From the NCBI GenBank assembly GCA_002269645.1, contig NIVC01000986.1, positions 328,847-392,846 on the forward strand: a stretch of 64,000 bases of DNA. Reading direction: 5' to 3'. Below, piece after piece: positions 33,764 to 45,509 of the stretch. The translations under genes and the position numbers were made by a program. This stretch comes from Macrostomum lignano (lineage: Eukaryota). The stretch's first letter is position 1. Every line of letters starts with the position of its first letter. The notes beneath the pieces are model-generated. The model was not told the origin of the DNA and did no database searches. It was given only the letters and a program-made list of their open reading frames with translations.

Positions 33764-36064
33764 TTAATCATGTTCAAACTCTTTGAACAATGGCACAGCG
33801 CAATAACAGTCTTTGCTGAACGATTCTACTGGAACAGCGATGCAGGGTCGATCGACCTCTGAAAAATTAACTATACGTTCGCGTCTGGCCGATCTGGGCG
33901 CATTAGACAGGGATATCAATACAAAATTGAATGTCGAAGACTTTTTGAACATGGATTCCAGCAATGCTTTCCAATTAAGTAAATCGATGGGGAAAGTTGC
34001 TGCTGGTACTCGTAAAACAAAATCAAACAGCGAACCAATGGGATCCAAAATTTGCACTCGAATAGTATTAGGCTCGAGGAACTCTGCAATAGTGCAGATT
34101 TCGCCGGACTTCAATTGGCAAAGATGGTTAGAATTTTTCGACGCACAAGCTGAGCTTGTCGAGAAAAAATGTCCATTAAAATAAGCAAGTGAGTTTCGAA
34201 GAATACCATGTGGCCTGGATGGCTCTAAAGATATAGAGTTAACTGCATCCACTACAATAGAGTCCTTAACACAAGAAAAGTAGTGATGTAGCAACTTTTG
34301 AAACAAAAACTTGCGAACAAGCTGTGGGCCAAATGACACAGTTCCGCATAAGAACTTTTTGAACATGCCAATGGAGCTCTCAAATGCGAACATAGAATAA
34401 TTAAATACAGGTCCGTACAATTCGTACTGTTCAGCCATATGCAAAAGCAGGTGGAAATTAAGGCGGAGTACTTTCGGTCCGAATATTTGCTGAGCATTGG
34501 AGATAAAAGCTTTGCATAGCTTTTCGATATCAGTCTTATTTGATTGGGGGCTATACAACATGTGATAAATAAGAACTAAATTAGTTAACAGCAGTTTCAA
34601 TGGAAAATGCGAAATTCTCTGCAAAAACGTAGGAAGAAGAAAGTATAGCGCAAAGTTTTTAAAATGCTTTGCTTTCCAATCTGAAAAGCCTTTAAAATTT
34701 GTGTTGATTGTGATGCTAGAAGGAGTTATAGATTGACGAATACAATTAGATATGAAATCCATGCAATTAGCTGAGCAAAAATACAACTCGCGCCTGTTTG
34801 CAGGTAATGACAGCTCTTCTAGTAGATACTTGGTGTGGCCTTCGAAAAAGCAGTGTAAACTGTCAATAGGATTGCAGCTGGGAAACGGAACATAGTCTAA
34901 CAAGCAACTGCGCATCTTTACGCCAAAAACAGGCCGATTTCGAATTTGTGCGAGCCGACAGTGTTCAAGATGGGAAGATGGGTTTCTCAAAGGAAACAAG
35001 TAGCCTTCACCATAGCGGAAGATCCAGTTTTTACCTTTCTCGGATACTTTAAAGCTCTCACCTGGGTGCAAGCACCTAGGACAGCTAAACGCACCATTGT
35101 ACTGGTGAATGCAGAAGAGCTTAGCAAGAGCGGGCAAGTCACAAACAAAGAGTGTGTAATGGACATGAACGGTGTATTCCGAGAATATAAACTGTTTTGG
35201 CAAATTGTTCATAATTTCAGACAGAAAAGACTGGAAATGCGGGACTGCCTTCGATGAAACAAGAGCAATTAGAATTAAATTTGCAAAGCGTTGACGGATG
35301 TAAACAGGAAGGTTTAGAAGTTGAGCCTGAAATGGCCAAAAGCTACTCTGAACAGATTCAAAAAAATTGGCGCCATCAGCTGAGATTAGAAGATGCAAGT
35401 GAAGCGACTTGCCAGAAGATAGGCTTAAGCCTTGTTCTTTAACTATTTTGGAATTCAAAACGTCTGTGTTTTTATCCTTTTGCAATTCTTGCTCATACTG
35501 CAGAATAGTTGAAGTGTGGCTGCTTAAGATAGTCCGCAGCTGTGGAACAATATTGAGCTGTGTCACAGCAACCTTTGACTTTGGGGAATGAACCTGACAC
35601 TGGCTTTTGCATTCTGGGCAAAAGCCAAATTCAGACACGTCACTATCATCAAGAGGGCAAGTATCTTGAATCAATGATTTGAGCAACTTGACGCTATTTG
35701 GAAGAGCTAGAGAATCTCTACTAAAAATAGAAAGTAGCTTCAGGAGTCTATCAAGAGCAGCCTCTGAAACTCCGGAAGTAATTGCCCACTGAAAAATCAG
35801 AGCCGCCTGCACACTGGGATCTGAGATGGAAGCCAAATTCGCTAAGCTATCTGAACTCTCCTCAAGCACAGGCACAGCATTGTTTTCACCAATAAAAGTT
35901 TCCACAGCGTCAGGACAGCTGTGCGAGTGCGTTACACCGGCTTCGCTTGAAATTGAACTCCTATTACTTGTAGAAAAACTATTTGAGGGAGAAGAAATCG
36001 CCTGACAAGAGTAGGCTGAGTAATTAGTAGAAAGAGAGTGCTCAGATTCTGATTTACTAGACAT
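33764..36064 (-). CDS. CACTA/EnSpm transposase (Transposase_21-like)
   Basis: Intact 766 aa; ISADGA..SFWP, VCDLPA..QYNGAFSCPRC, IDSLHCFFEG, MFAFES. Confidence 0.9.
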   Translation of the reverse strand: MSSKSESEHSLSTNYSAYSCQAISSPSNSFSTSNRSSISSEAGVTHSHSCPDAVETFIGENNAVPVLEESSDSLANLASISDPSVQAALIFQWAITSGVSEAALDRLLKLLSIFSRDSLALPNSVKLLKSLIQDTCPLDDSDVSEFGFCPECKSQCQVHSPKSKVAVTQLNIVPQLRTILSSHTSTILQYEQELQKDKNTDVLNSKIVKEQGLSLSSGKSLHLHLLISADGANFFESVQSSFWPFQAQLLNLPVYIRQRFANLILIALVSSKAVPHFQSFLSEIMNNLPKQFIFSEYTVHVHYTLFVCDLPALAKLFCIHQYNGAFSCPRCLHPGESFKVSEKGKNWIFRYGEGYLFPLRNPSSHLEHCRLAQIRNRPVFGVKMRSCLLDYVPFPSCNPIDSLHCFFEGHTKYLLEELSLPANRRELYFCSANCMDFISNCIRQSITPSSITINTNFKGFSDWKAKHFKNFALYFLLPTFLQRISHFPLKLLLTNLVLIYHMLYSPQSNKTDIEKLCKAFISNAQQIFGPKVLRLNFHLLLHMAEQYELYGPVFNYSMFAFESSIGMFKKFLCGTVSFGPQLVRKFLFQKLLHHYFSCVKDSIVVDAVNSISLEPSRPHGILRNSLAYFNGHFFSTSSACASKNSNHLCQLKSGEICTIAEFLEPNTIRVQILDPIGSLFDFVLRVPAATFPIDLLNWKALLESMFKKSSTFNFVLISLSNAPRSARRERIVNFSEVDRPCIAVPVESFSKDCYCAVPLFKEFEHD

Positions 36065-36113
36065 AAAAATAGCAATTCAAATATTCAAAAGTTACTAGAA
36101 TTTTTTCCGCAAT

Positions 36114-38115
36114 TCACGGTCCCATTCGCCTTGAGCGGGAAATGGAATCCCCTGACTCGGGTCCAGAAGCAGCAGTTGAAGTTCGCTTTCTCGCCCGTGT
36201 CTCCTCCCTGGCCAGCTGATTGAGATGGTCTCGTACAGACTTCCAGATTTCGTGGAAGTCGTAGCCAGATGTTCGATAGCACAATTGAAGCAAACCTGAA
36301 AATTCACGAGTATAGTAAAATATTTTTACAATAGACATTGTGTACTGTGTTTATAGTAGAAATAGGCTAAATTTAAAAGGAAGTTGATTTATGATGCTAA
36401 TCATTAAATAGGTCAATGGGATGTATTGAACTTTAGAACTATTTTTCCTCAATTTCTTTTATCTCAGACCTAAATGTGTTTTTTTAGAAAATATCCCAAG
36501 TATTGGATTCAGATCATTTAGCATTAATTAGCCTAAATTGCTTTATAATAAAAAAATTGCACAAAACTGTGAAAAAATTATATATATATATTTACGTTGA
36601 AACTCTGTCACATGCTCAGATGGAGCAGGCCTTCGGGAACTGCGAGCACCACAGGATGAATCGATTATATGCTCAAGCAAGTAGCCTTCGCCAAATCGCA
36701 GCTTGATATACCTTCGGAGGAACACCTTAGGATCGTTGCAAAGAATTGAAGACAGCTCAGCTAGGGAACCATCAATGCACCTAAATTCCTAAAAAATGTT
36801 ATTATATAGTAGAACTTTTATACTACAGACGTGATGCTGCTGATGCTAAGAAAAAACTGACATACCTCATTTTGGTATTCTTTAATTGTTAGCATTCCAC
36901 CAAAGTTGTCATCCTTTTTTAAAAGTCGGCATATCCTTGCAGCAAGACGCTTCTCAAGAGAAAGCAACTCGGATTGAATGAACAGTTTTAGATCTAGAGT
37001 AAGATATATGCTCATATATAAAAATATGGTGATTTTGATTTTTAATAATGTGATTGTATCATATTAAAAAAATAAAATTATACCTTTCATTGTTGCATCC
37101 GATTCACTGTTTACTATCTGTACCCCTCGGAGGGGTTGCACTTCTTGAATTGCACCTAGTGATAAAAAAGGCTTATTGCTACAAAAATATTGACTCATTT
37201 GGTATTTGGTTTTCAATTAGGTGTAATAGAATATACAAACTTGATTCCAAGAGGCCTGTGGCACGAGCTTGCTCATTTTCAACCAAAGATGCCTCTCTCT
37301 CAAATGCAGAAATGGCTTTTTCTAAAAAATAATAATTAATCAAATAATACAACAAAAAAAACAAATTGCAAACAATTAATAGTTCATATATATTGCAGTT
37401 TTACCCATTGATTGAGTAGCTGGTATCGCCAAATTTGGTTCGCCACTTTCACTATCCACTTCATAAAGCTCGTCAAGTAGTCCATGCTGATGACAACTAG
37501 AACTTGAAGCAACCTGCTTTGAACTAGATGACCTTATTGTCCTTACATTTGCAATGCCAGCTTGGGGATCTTTCATTGCAAAAAGCTCAATAGCTTGGCT
37601 AATCAATGAATCAGTATTTTCAGCCTCACTAACCAAGTTGGAAAGTTGGTTCATAGTTGAAGCCATTTGCCTTTCACTACCTTTTGCCACAAGTGTAGCA
37701 GAAAATAGTTTGCCATACATGCGTAAAAAGACTTTAGTCCCCTAAAATATAATTTAATAAAGTAATATTACATTTGTAGTTGGAATAATTTGTTTTAGAA
37801 ACCATGTACTCAATAACAAAATATTATGCATATAAATCCAACTTAAAATCTTACTTGTGCAAGTTCCAACTTTTCATCATTAGTTATTGTACTTGGCCAA
37901 TAGGGAGACCCAAATGCAATGGTCACATATTGCTCATCATGGCCAACATTGTGAAGAATAAAGCAGAAAAACAATGCTGAATTGTCATTTCCAAATTTAG
38001 AAGTACTTTTTGTCTGCTTTCGAAGAGGCCTAGAATTAGATGCACTTAATCCAATATCATCCATAACAATTTGTTCTGAAAAAGTTTCACAAGGAGATAA
38101 GGTTTGAAGAATCAA
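36114..38115 (-). CDS. Spliced second gene of the CACTA element (BEN-like C-terminus); 5' end unresolved
   Basis: Exons ..-37855, 37741-37405, 36993-36866, 36788-36596, 36295-36114; all four GT-AG junctions are phase-compatible. Confidence 0.7.
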
Positions 38116-39383
38116 TCAAGAGGCCAATGACAAACCAATTAGAATTGTATATAAAAAAAATTTAATGTAGGGACCCTAGGCCCCTATGATTTTAAATAAA
38201 AATTATAATATAAGGCCTAGGCCCTATATATAGGCCTATAATTATAAAGTTGTGCCATTGTGGATTTTCTGATACAAAGTAGACAATATTAGGCCTAATT
38301 GGGCCTAGTCTAGTCTAGTTTTGATTATAGACTGTATATTAGATACAAAGGACATGAAAGGTCTCGAAATTAAGTACCAACCAATTACCATAATATACTA
38401 TTATTTTTTATTATTTTGAAACTGTCAGCCTACCATGTGATTTTTATCATTAGGCTATGGCCTAGGTCTAGGATGCCACTTTAGACTAGGCCTTTGGCTT
38501 TGGTTAGGCCAACCTATCATTATAAAAATGCAGCAAAATATCATTCAAAAATATACATCTAACCCCTATAGGTTATCTTTGCATCCCAAATATAATATAT
38601 AATAGGGTTTCTATTTTCTAATATATCTACAAATACAATTTTCACTGAAGGAGTGAAGATCAAAATTAGCATGTCAAAAAACCTTACAAGCCACCGAATT
38701 TTAAAACTAGCTACCAAAAGTGGAACTGGAAGTATATAGCTAAGAAAAAACATAAACATAAACATAGCACATAGTGACACATAATGAAATGATGACAACA
38801 TGCAAGAGTGACAGAGTCCTCTTAGAAAGGAAAAATAGGCCTAGTAATTTATGTTTATGGGAAGTTAAGTCCGTAATTAACTAAACCGAAACAAAATGGC
38901 CAACAAAATTGCTGGTAATATATTCAAAGCAATTTGTAGGTGAAGATTTTAACAAATTTATTAAACTATTTTTTGTATTTACAATTTCGCTTTTATTAAA
39001 TATATTTAAAACTTTATTAGATATACATAAAATAGCCTGAAATTTTTTATAAGCTTAGTTATTTATTTTCCCGTATGAACTCCCTGACATGGATGATTTT
39101 ACCATGGAAAGTTTTAAAAATCCATGCATGAAAATACCATGAACATGCATGATTTATCAATGGATCATGGATCATAGATGATTTATCCATGATAAGAGAG
39201 TAGGGGGAACAGAGGTAACTCCTCTTCCCAAAGGTAACAAGCTTGAAGACACGGTGGCAATGCGCAGCCAAGCTCCTAAGTATTTAATATAAGGAGAAGG
39301 TTCAGAGAGCAGACGGAGGTGGGCGGTAATCATCGCCGCTTAAGGTGTGCTCCAGCCTATTTTGAAAGATTTAGGGCAAACTG

Positions 39384-40531
39384 CCGGGACTCGGCTGGAT
39401 TTGAGATTAAATCCTGATAATACTCCAAAAGCTGATTCGATTCCCATAAATGGTATTGATTGGTTAGCATATTATCATGACTTAGCATACAGAGATGCTG
39501 ACAAGAACTCACCCGAGGAAGCATTAAGATTAAAACATGAAGCCGATAGAAAAATGATTCAAGGATTAGATGATTTACAAGGATTATCGGTAAGCCAAAG
39601 ATTAACTCGGTGGATGGTTAAAAGGATTCTGCAGTCTGAAGTTAAATTTGGTTTAGGAATTAATTATAACCGACATGGAAATAATTGTGTTGAATGTTTG
39701 CTGTTAAGTGGTAGTGGGTTAAGTTCTGATGAGGCAAAGGTTCTTCACAAAGAATACCGAAAACCTAAATTTTATAGAAAAATCATGAACTTCAAAAAGA
39801 ATGAAATTTGGTATGCTGATTTAATGTCAATGCCAAACGAAAATGGATATAAATATATCTTAACCATACTGGATGGTTTTACTCGATACGCGTGGGCTGT
39901 TCCTTTAAAATCCAAAAAAGGAGAAGAAGTTGCTGCTGCTTTTAGAAGCCTTGGAGAAAAAAGTAAAAGATTGTGTGTTGATGAAGGAAAAGAATTTTAC
40001 AATCCTCATATGTATAAATTGTATCATTTTGAAAAAGGACAAGAAAGGAAAAAGGACGCGAATGGGGAGTATATTAATAAAATTCATTCTATTTATGGCG
40101 AAAGCAAAAACGCACTGATTGAAAGATTTAATCGAACTTTAGGTAAGAAATTATGGTTTCAGTTTAGTCTTAATGGTAACCAAAAGTGGGTAAAAATATT
40201 GCCAGACGTCGTGAAAGATTATAATAACTCATATCATTCAGCTATAAAGATGACTCCTCAACAAGCTTATAACAATCCTGAAAAAGTTAAAGTTACCTTC
40301 GGGGACTTTGAAAAAAATAAAAAGAAACCTTTTAAGGTTGGTGATTCCGTTTATATATATAAATGGAAAGATAAGTTTGAAAAGGGAAGAAAAGGATATT
40401 GGAAGATAAGTGAGAAATTTACTATCAGTAAGGTTTTAAATACAAATCCTACAACCTATATCATTGCTGATAAGGATGGTGAAGAAATATTGGGTTCTTT
40501 TTATGAGAATCAGATAATGTCTGCGAACTAA
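39384..40531 (+). pseudogene. PLA2-like domain fused to RVE integrase (3' part)
   Basis: PINGIDWLAYYHDLAY, KFGLG, then WYADL, ILDGFTRY, VDEGKEF, IERFNRT and an SH3-like C-terminus, all in one frame. Confidence 0.9.
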
Positions 40532-40797
40532 GTTCGAACAGTTACTTAAGGCAACATGGTAGTAAATTTTTTATAACAAACAAAAACAATATTATTACTA
40601 TTATTGTTACTAATATTATTATTGACATTTGTTCAACAGTAATTAGACTTAAATTTTCATTAAGTTCATTAATCGGCACATTTCCGATGTAGGAGTAGTT
40701 TACCTTCATTTTTTTAAATATTTTTTTAAATATTTAAATATTTTTAAAAATTTTTCAAAATAAATGTAGTTTCTGTTATAGAATAATAGTTCATTTT

Positions 40798-41016
40798 TTA
40801 CATACTCTCCGAATCACTAGTTTCATAAGAACTATTTGTTGAGTTGGAATCATCTGAACGAACCTCCCAATCGTCTGAATTTAAATAATCTCCAAGTTGA
40901 AATATTAACTCGCCCTCTTGTTCTAAATCATACAACCCATCCAACTCTAACGGATAAAGTTTTAGTTCGTGCTTATCGTCATATTTTAAATAAACTTCAT
41001 CAATTATTCGATTCAA
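40798..41016 (-). CDS. Small acidic protein (start uncertain)
   Basis: Open frame extends upstream of 41016; acidic Ser-rich tail. Confidence 0.35.
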   Translation of the reverse strand: MNRIIDEVYLKYDDKHELKLYPLELDGLYDLEQEGELIFQLGDYLNSDDWEVRSDDSNSTNSSYETSDSESM

Positions 41017-41095
41017 AATATGCTGTTTTATTATCTCTGAATTTTTAGCAACAGTCTCAAAAGTATCACAAACTAACAGAAAAGGTGTAAACTCG

Positions 41096-41420
41096 GTTCA
41101 TTTTTAGTAACAGAAAAAGACCCTTTGCGCCTGCGGCGCGGCAGCGGGTTATAGAGTGTTGGAAGTGTTAGAAGAATTGGGTGCGGTACAAAATTGCCAG
41201 CAAACTAAGAGGAGTATTCTCAGAATTCAATGAGAATTAATCGTTGTAAGTGTGAAATGGGGAGATTGACCGAAATGAAGCGAGGATGAGCGAAGCGAGT
41301 TGAGCGAAGTGAAGACGAGCGATAATGAAGGGAAAACAAGTCATTTCACACTGATAAAGGGTTAAATCTCTTTGAATTATGAGAACGGTTTGCTGGCAAT
41401 TTTGTACCGTAAATACTACT
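41096..41420 (-). repeat. Right TIR of element 2
   Basis: Ends TACCGTAAATACTACT followed by GACGTT. Confidence 0.95.
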
Positions 41421-41929
41421 GACGTTCAAGCAAGCTCAGAACTTTCCAGTGGGCAAGAAAGCGTTGAAAAACAGAACTCTTGGAAAGACGTGGCTAGAAA
41501 GAAATACTTCTGCTTATTTGCGATTCTCCGCGCCTTAGCTGCTGTTCTGCATTGACAAAAAAGGCTGAGGTTGGCGCTAATGATTGAGCAGAGCTCACAA
41601 AGCGTGCGCGCACAAGCTGCAGCCCGCGCTGGATGAAGAGGCGGGGAGGGGCTGTGACTGGCGAGCTGGAGCTGGACGCAGAGCATTTGATTCTTAGGCA
41701 GGTAGAGTGAAGGAGTCTCAGAAACAAATCTTGCTCAGACCCCCATTTCCAGACAGTTACAGCTGCAGGCTGACTGCAGGTTTTAAGTTTACACCAGGCT
41801 CGGCAAAATCCGGCCCGCAGAGCCTCTGCGCCCGGCCTTGGGGTCCTTGTAAACTTTACAATAGCAACCCGGCCCGCTCAGGGTTTGTGTCTCTTCTCAG
41901 TTCCCTTCTCTATAATCTCCTCTCCCTTC

Positions 41930-42049
<120 letters not shown>

Positions 42050-42119
42050 TTCATCTTTCCTCCCCCCTCGTCTCCTCTCTTCTCCTTTATTCCCTCGCCT
42101 CTGCTTTCTCCTATTTCTC

Positions 42120-43322
42120 CTGTTTGACGGCAGTTACTTTCTGCAGGTGAAAGGCACTGCCATTGGGAAGTCGTTCGCGCCCAGCTACAGCAACATCTAC
42201 ATGGGCTACTGGGAGCAGAGAGGCCTGGAGACCAGCCCGCAGAAGCCCAGCCTGTGGCTCCGCTACATCGACGACGTCTTTGGAGTGTGGCGTGGCACAG
42301 AGGCGGAGCTGGTCCAGTTCCATGAACACCTGGACGCCCTCGACCCCAACATCCGACTTCAACTGAGCTACAGCAGCACAGAGGTGAACTTCCTAGACAC
42401 CACCGTCTTCTGGGACCGCGAAGGCGACAGCAAAAGCCTGGCAACCAGGGTATATTTCAAGCCCATCGACAGCCGAGTCCTCATCCACCGCGGCTCCTTC
42501 CATCCTAAGCGAACTTTCCGGGGCGTGGTAAAGTCCCAGCTCCTCAGGTACGCCCGGCGGTGCTCCCGGATGGCCGACTTCGACGCAGCGTGCACCGGGC
42601 TGATGTCGAATCTGGTGCAGCACCAAGGCTACAGCCGGCGCTTCCTCCGCACCATCAAGTACGACGTGCTGACGGAGCTCGGCTTCTACCCAACCAGACG
42701 GTGGGAGTTCGGCTTCCTGCCGTGCAACTCGGCCCGACTCTGCAAGTGCTGCCAGGCGCACGCCAGGTTCACCTCCGTCTGCCCCGGATCAGCAGCCACG
42801 ACAGTCCAGCTCATCATCAGTCAGCGGATCGACTGCAACGCCACGAACGCCGTCATGCCGTGTTCTGCCGCCGGTGCGACCACACGGTCTACGTCAGCGA
42901 GACCGCCAACAGCATCCGTGGTCGCATGCTGGCGCACATCGGTGACATCCGGCACACCCGTGACACTCCGGTAGCGCGCCACTTCACCAGCGGTGGCCAC
43001 AGTCTGACGGACTTCGCCTTCACCGGCATCTGGACACGCGATGGCACAGGACCCAGAGCTGACGAGCGGCGTCAGCGCCAGGAGGCCAAGTTTATCGAGG
43101 TCCTGAGGACTCATGTTCCACACGGCGCCAACGAACTTGCCGGCATACTGCACAAACCGGCCATCCCGCTGATCCTGCCCCACTGTGCGACCTCCGACGC
43201 CCTGGCTGCCAAAGTGAAGGACAGGGTGATACGCCACTGCGAGACCCCGGTGCTGCCCGCCTACACCAAGGGAGAAGCCTCCGGACTCTGCTCTCTCATA
43301 GTCGGCTCGATCCTGCCAACTA
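42120..43322 (+). pseudogene. PLE RT (C-terminal half) + Zn linker + GIY-YIG + C-terminal thumb-like segment
   Basis: Two 1-nt losses (near 42854 and 43271) restore NAVYAVFC..C..VYV.ET...R..H...VA.HF...H and AYTKGRSLRTLLSHSRL. Confidence 0.8.
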
Positions 43323-43747
43323 GGCCCCTTTTGACGCCTGTACAAAGGCTCTTTTACTGCTATTTTTCCCCTCTGTGATTTTTTCATTGACTTTATTTTG
43401 ATTTATTCAGATTATTTATTCTCTGCTTTTTATTCATTTTTCTGACACTGTGTACGGTGCACCTGCATTTTTTGCTCTGAGCATTTAATAATAATTTTTA
43501 TTTACCTTATCTATTTATTTTGCCATTTATTTTTACAATTTTTATTCTACACTTAAAGGTCGTCTAGGCCCACTTGTACAGTTTTAGCCACCCCCGCTTT
43601 TCTCATAGTCTCGGACTTGTTTTTATGTACTGACTATGCGTACTGTTTTAAGTGCTTGAGCACATCAATTTATCGATCGTCTCTCCCTGGCGATATCGCC
43701 TTTATATATTGATGGCAATTCGCGCCAAATAAACTTCACTCGCTTAC

Positions 43748-43784
43748 AGCCCTGACGAAGAAATTTAATTTCGAAATATCGGCT
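43748..43784 (+). ncRNA. Minimal type I hammerhead ribozyme
   Basis: AGCC-CTGACGA-A-GAAAT/ATTTC stem II-GAAA-TA-TC-GGCT; stem I AGCC/GGCT, palindromic minimal stem III. Confidence 0.75.
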
Positions 43785-43859
43785 ACTCAATTTAAATTGA
43801 CTTTTTTCAGTCCTTTCTGACTTTCTACCGTGTCAGTGCCCGAGATTGGAGGCGCCCTC

Positions 43860-44188
43860 CTCTCTCTCTCTCCCTCTCTCTCTCTCTCCATCTCTCACCC
43901 TCTCTCTCTCTCACCCTCTCTCTGCCTCTCTCTCTCCCTCTCTCTGCCTCTCTCTCTCCCTCTCTCTGCCTCTCTCTCCCTCTCTCTCTCCCTCTCTCTC
44001 CCTCTCTCTCTCCCTCTCTCTGCCTCTCTCTCTCCCTCTCTCTCCCTCTCTCTCACCCTCTCTCTGCCTCTCTCTCTCCCTCTCTCTGCCTCTCTCTCTC
44101 CCTCTCTCTGCCTCTCTCTCCCTCTCTCTGCCTCTCTCTCCCTCTCTCTCTCCCTCTCTCTCCCTCTCTCTCTCTCCCTCTCTCTCCC

Positions 44189-44219
<31 letters not shown>

Positions 44220-44416
44220 CCCTCTCTCTCCCTCTCTCTCTCCCTCTCTCTGCCTCTCTCTCTCCCTCTCTCTCCCTCTCTCTCTCTCTCTCCCTCTCTC
44301 TCCCTCTCTCTTTCCCTCTCTCTGCCTCTCTCTCTCCCTCTCTCTCCCTCTCTCTCTCCCTCTCTCTCCCTCTCTCTCTCCCTCTCTCTGCCTCTCTCTC
44401 TCCCTCTCTCTCCCTC

Positions 44417-44510
<94 letters not shown>
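43860..44510 (+). repeat. Degenerate (CT)n/CT-rich tract
   Basis: Read directly. Confidence 0.97.
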
Positions 44511-44514
<4 letters not shown>

Positions 44515-45509
44515 ATTATATCTTTCCTCTCCCCTCGTCTCCTCTCTTCTCCTTTATTCCCTCGCCTCTGCTTTCTCCTATTTCTCTTTTAGACGTGATG
44601 CAGCCAAGTTTATTATTTCTTCACCTCAGCGTTCGAACGAGATTCTGTCGTGAATCCTGACACTGAAATCCCGCCTGTTCGGGATAAGTCATCACAGTGG
44701 ATTTCGTAATTAAAAGTGGCTAAAAATCTACTATTGACAAGAAATAGCTCCGTAGCCTGTGGCAGGGAAAAAATATTTTCTACATCACAAGCTTATTCGT
44801 CTTGTCCGACAACGCTCGAATATCGGTGTTTCAAAACGTCTGTCAACGCTGGCTCATAGCTCAAAGACACGCTCAGAGGGCTTAAATAAGGTGAGCTTAT
44901 TCAGCTTTAAAATGAGACCAAGTCTGTAAAAACCGGTTTAGCCAAGCCGAAGCTGGAATAAATTTACGAGTAGTAAAATACGACACAGAAACTCTCCTAT
45001 CTAAACTGTAGTCAGCCTGAAGTTGTCTGAAAACTCCTGGTTCTCCTTGGTCAAGAAAGATGTTCAACTTATATGAGACTTGTAATTCACTTAGCCTTGC
45101 TTATTCTCTTATTCTCTTATTCTCTATTATTATGCATTCATCTTAAATTCTGAACCCTAACCATATATTGAGAGCACCATGAATGAAGAGAAAGGAGAAG
45201 AAAAAGACGCGCTAAGTATGGGGGTGGTGGGGGCTGACTCATTGTTGCAGTCTCGCATACACCACGCCACCGCTCGCTCCGCCCGGGGCCGGTGAAACAA
45301 AATGGAGCCGCTAGCTTTGCTCAGCTTCTTTATTAGGTTGATGCTAGCTGGTAGAATTCAATTTTAATCAAAGTCGATTTCTAATGAAGGCATGCTTTGG
45401 CCATTAATAATACAATCAAGAAAAATAAAAATCCGAATTAAAATTATCAGGGGCACCTCTCTTCCCCTTCTTTCCTCTCTTCCCATAACACTATGATCAG
45501 CTTTTCGCA

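Larger units (their letters stand above)
32471..39205 (-). mobile_element. CACTA/EnSpm (CCC-ended) transposon, autonomous-type
   Basis: 28-bp TIR CCCTACTCTC...CATGGATAAATCAT (25/28 match), GG TSD, CCATG subterminal repeats, transposase plus a second gene. Confidence 0.9.
13501..41420. mobile_element. Full-length Polinton/Maverick (adintovirus-like) element 2 with nested insertions
   Basis: TIRs at both ends, GACGTT TSD at 13495-13500 and 41421-41426, and a full set of replication, integration and capsid genes. Confidence 0.95.
42120..43850 (+). mobile_element. 5'-truncated Penelope-like retroelement
   Basis: RT motifs GTAIG..APSYSNIYM, RYIDD, NFLDTTV; GIY-YIG domain; hammerhead motif in the 3' region. 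Confidence 0.9.

Noticed and set aside
41426-41686. Host gene disrupted by element 2
   Set aside because: Some splice-like signals occur on the minus strand across the empty site, but I could not build a coherent protein.
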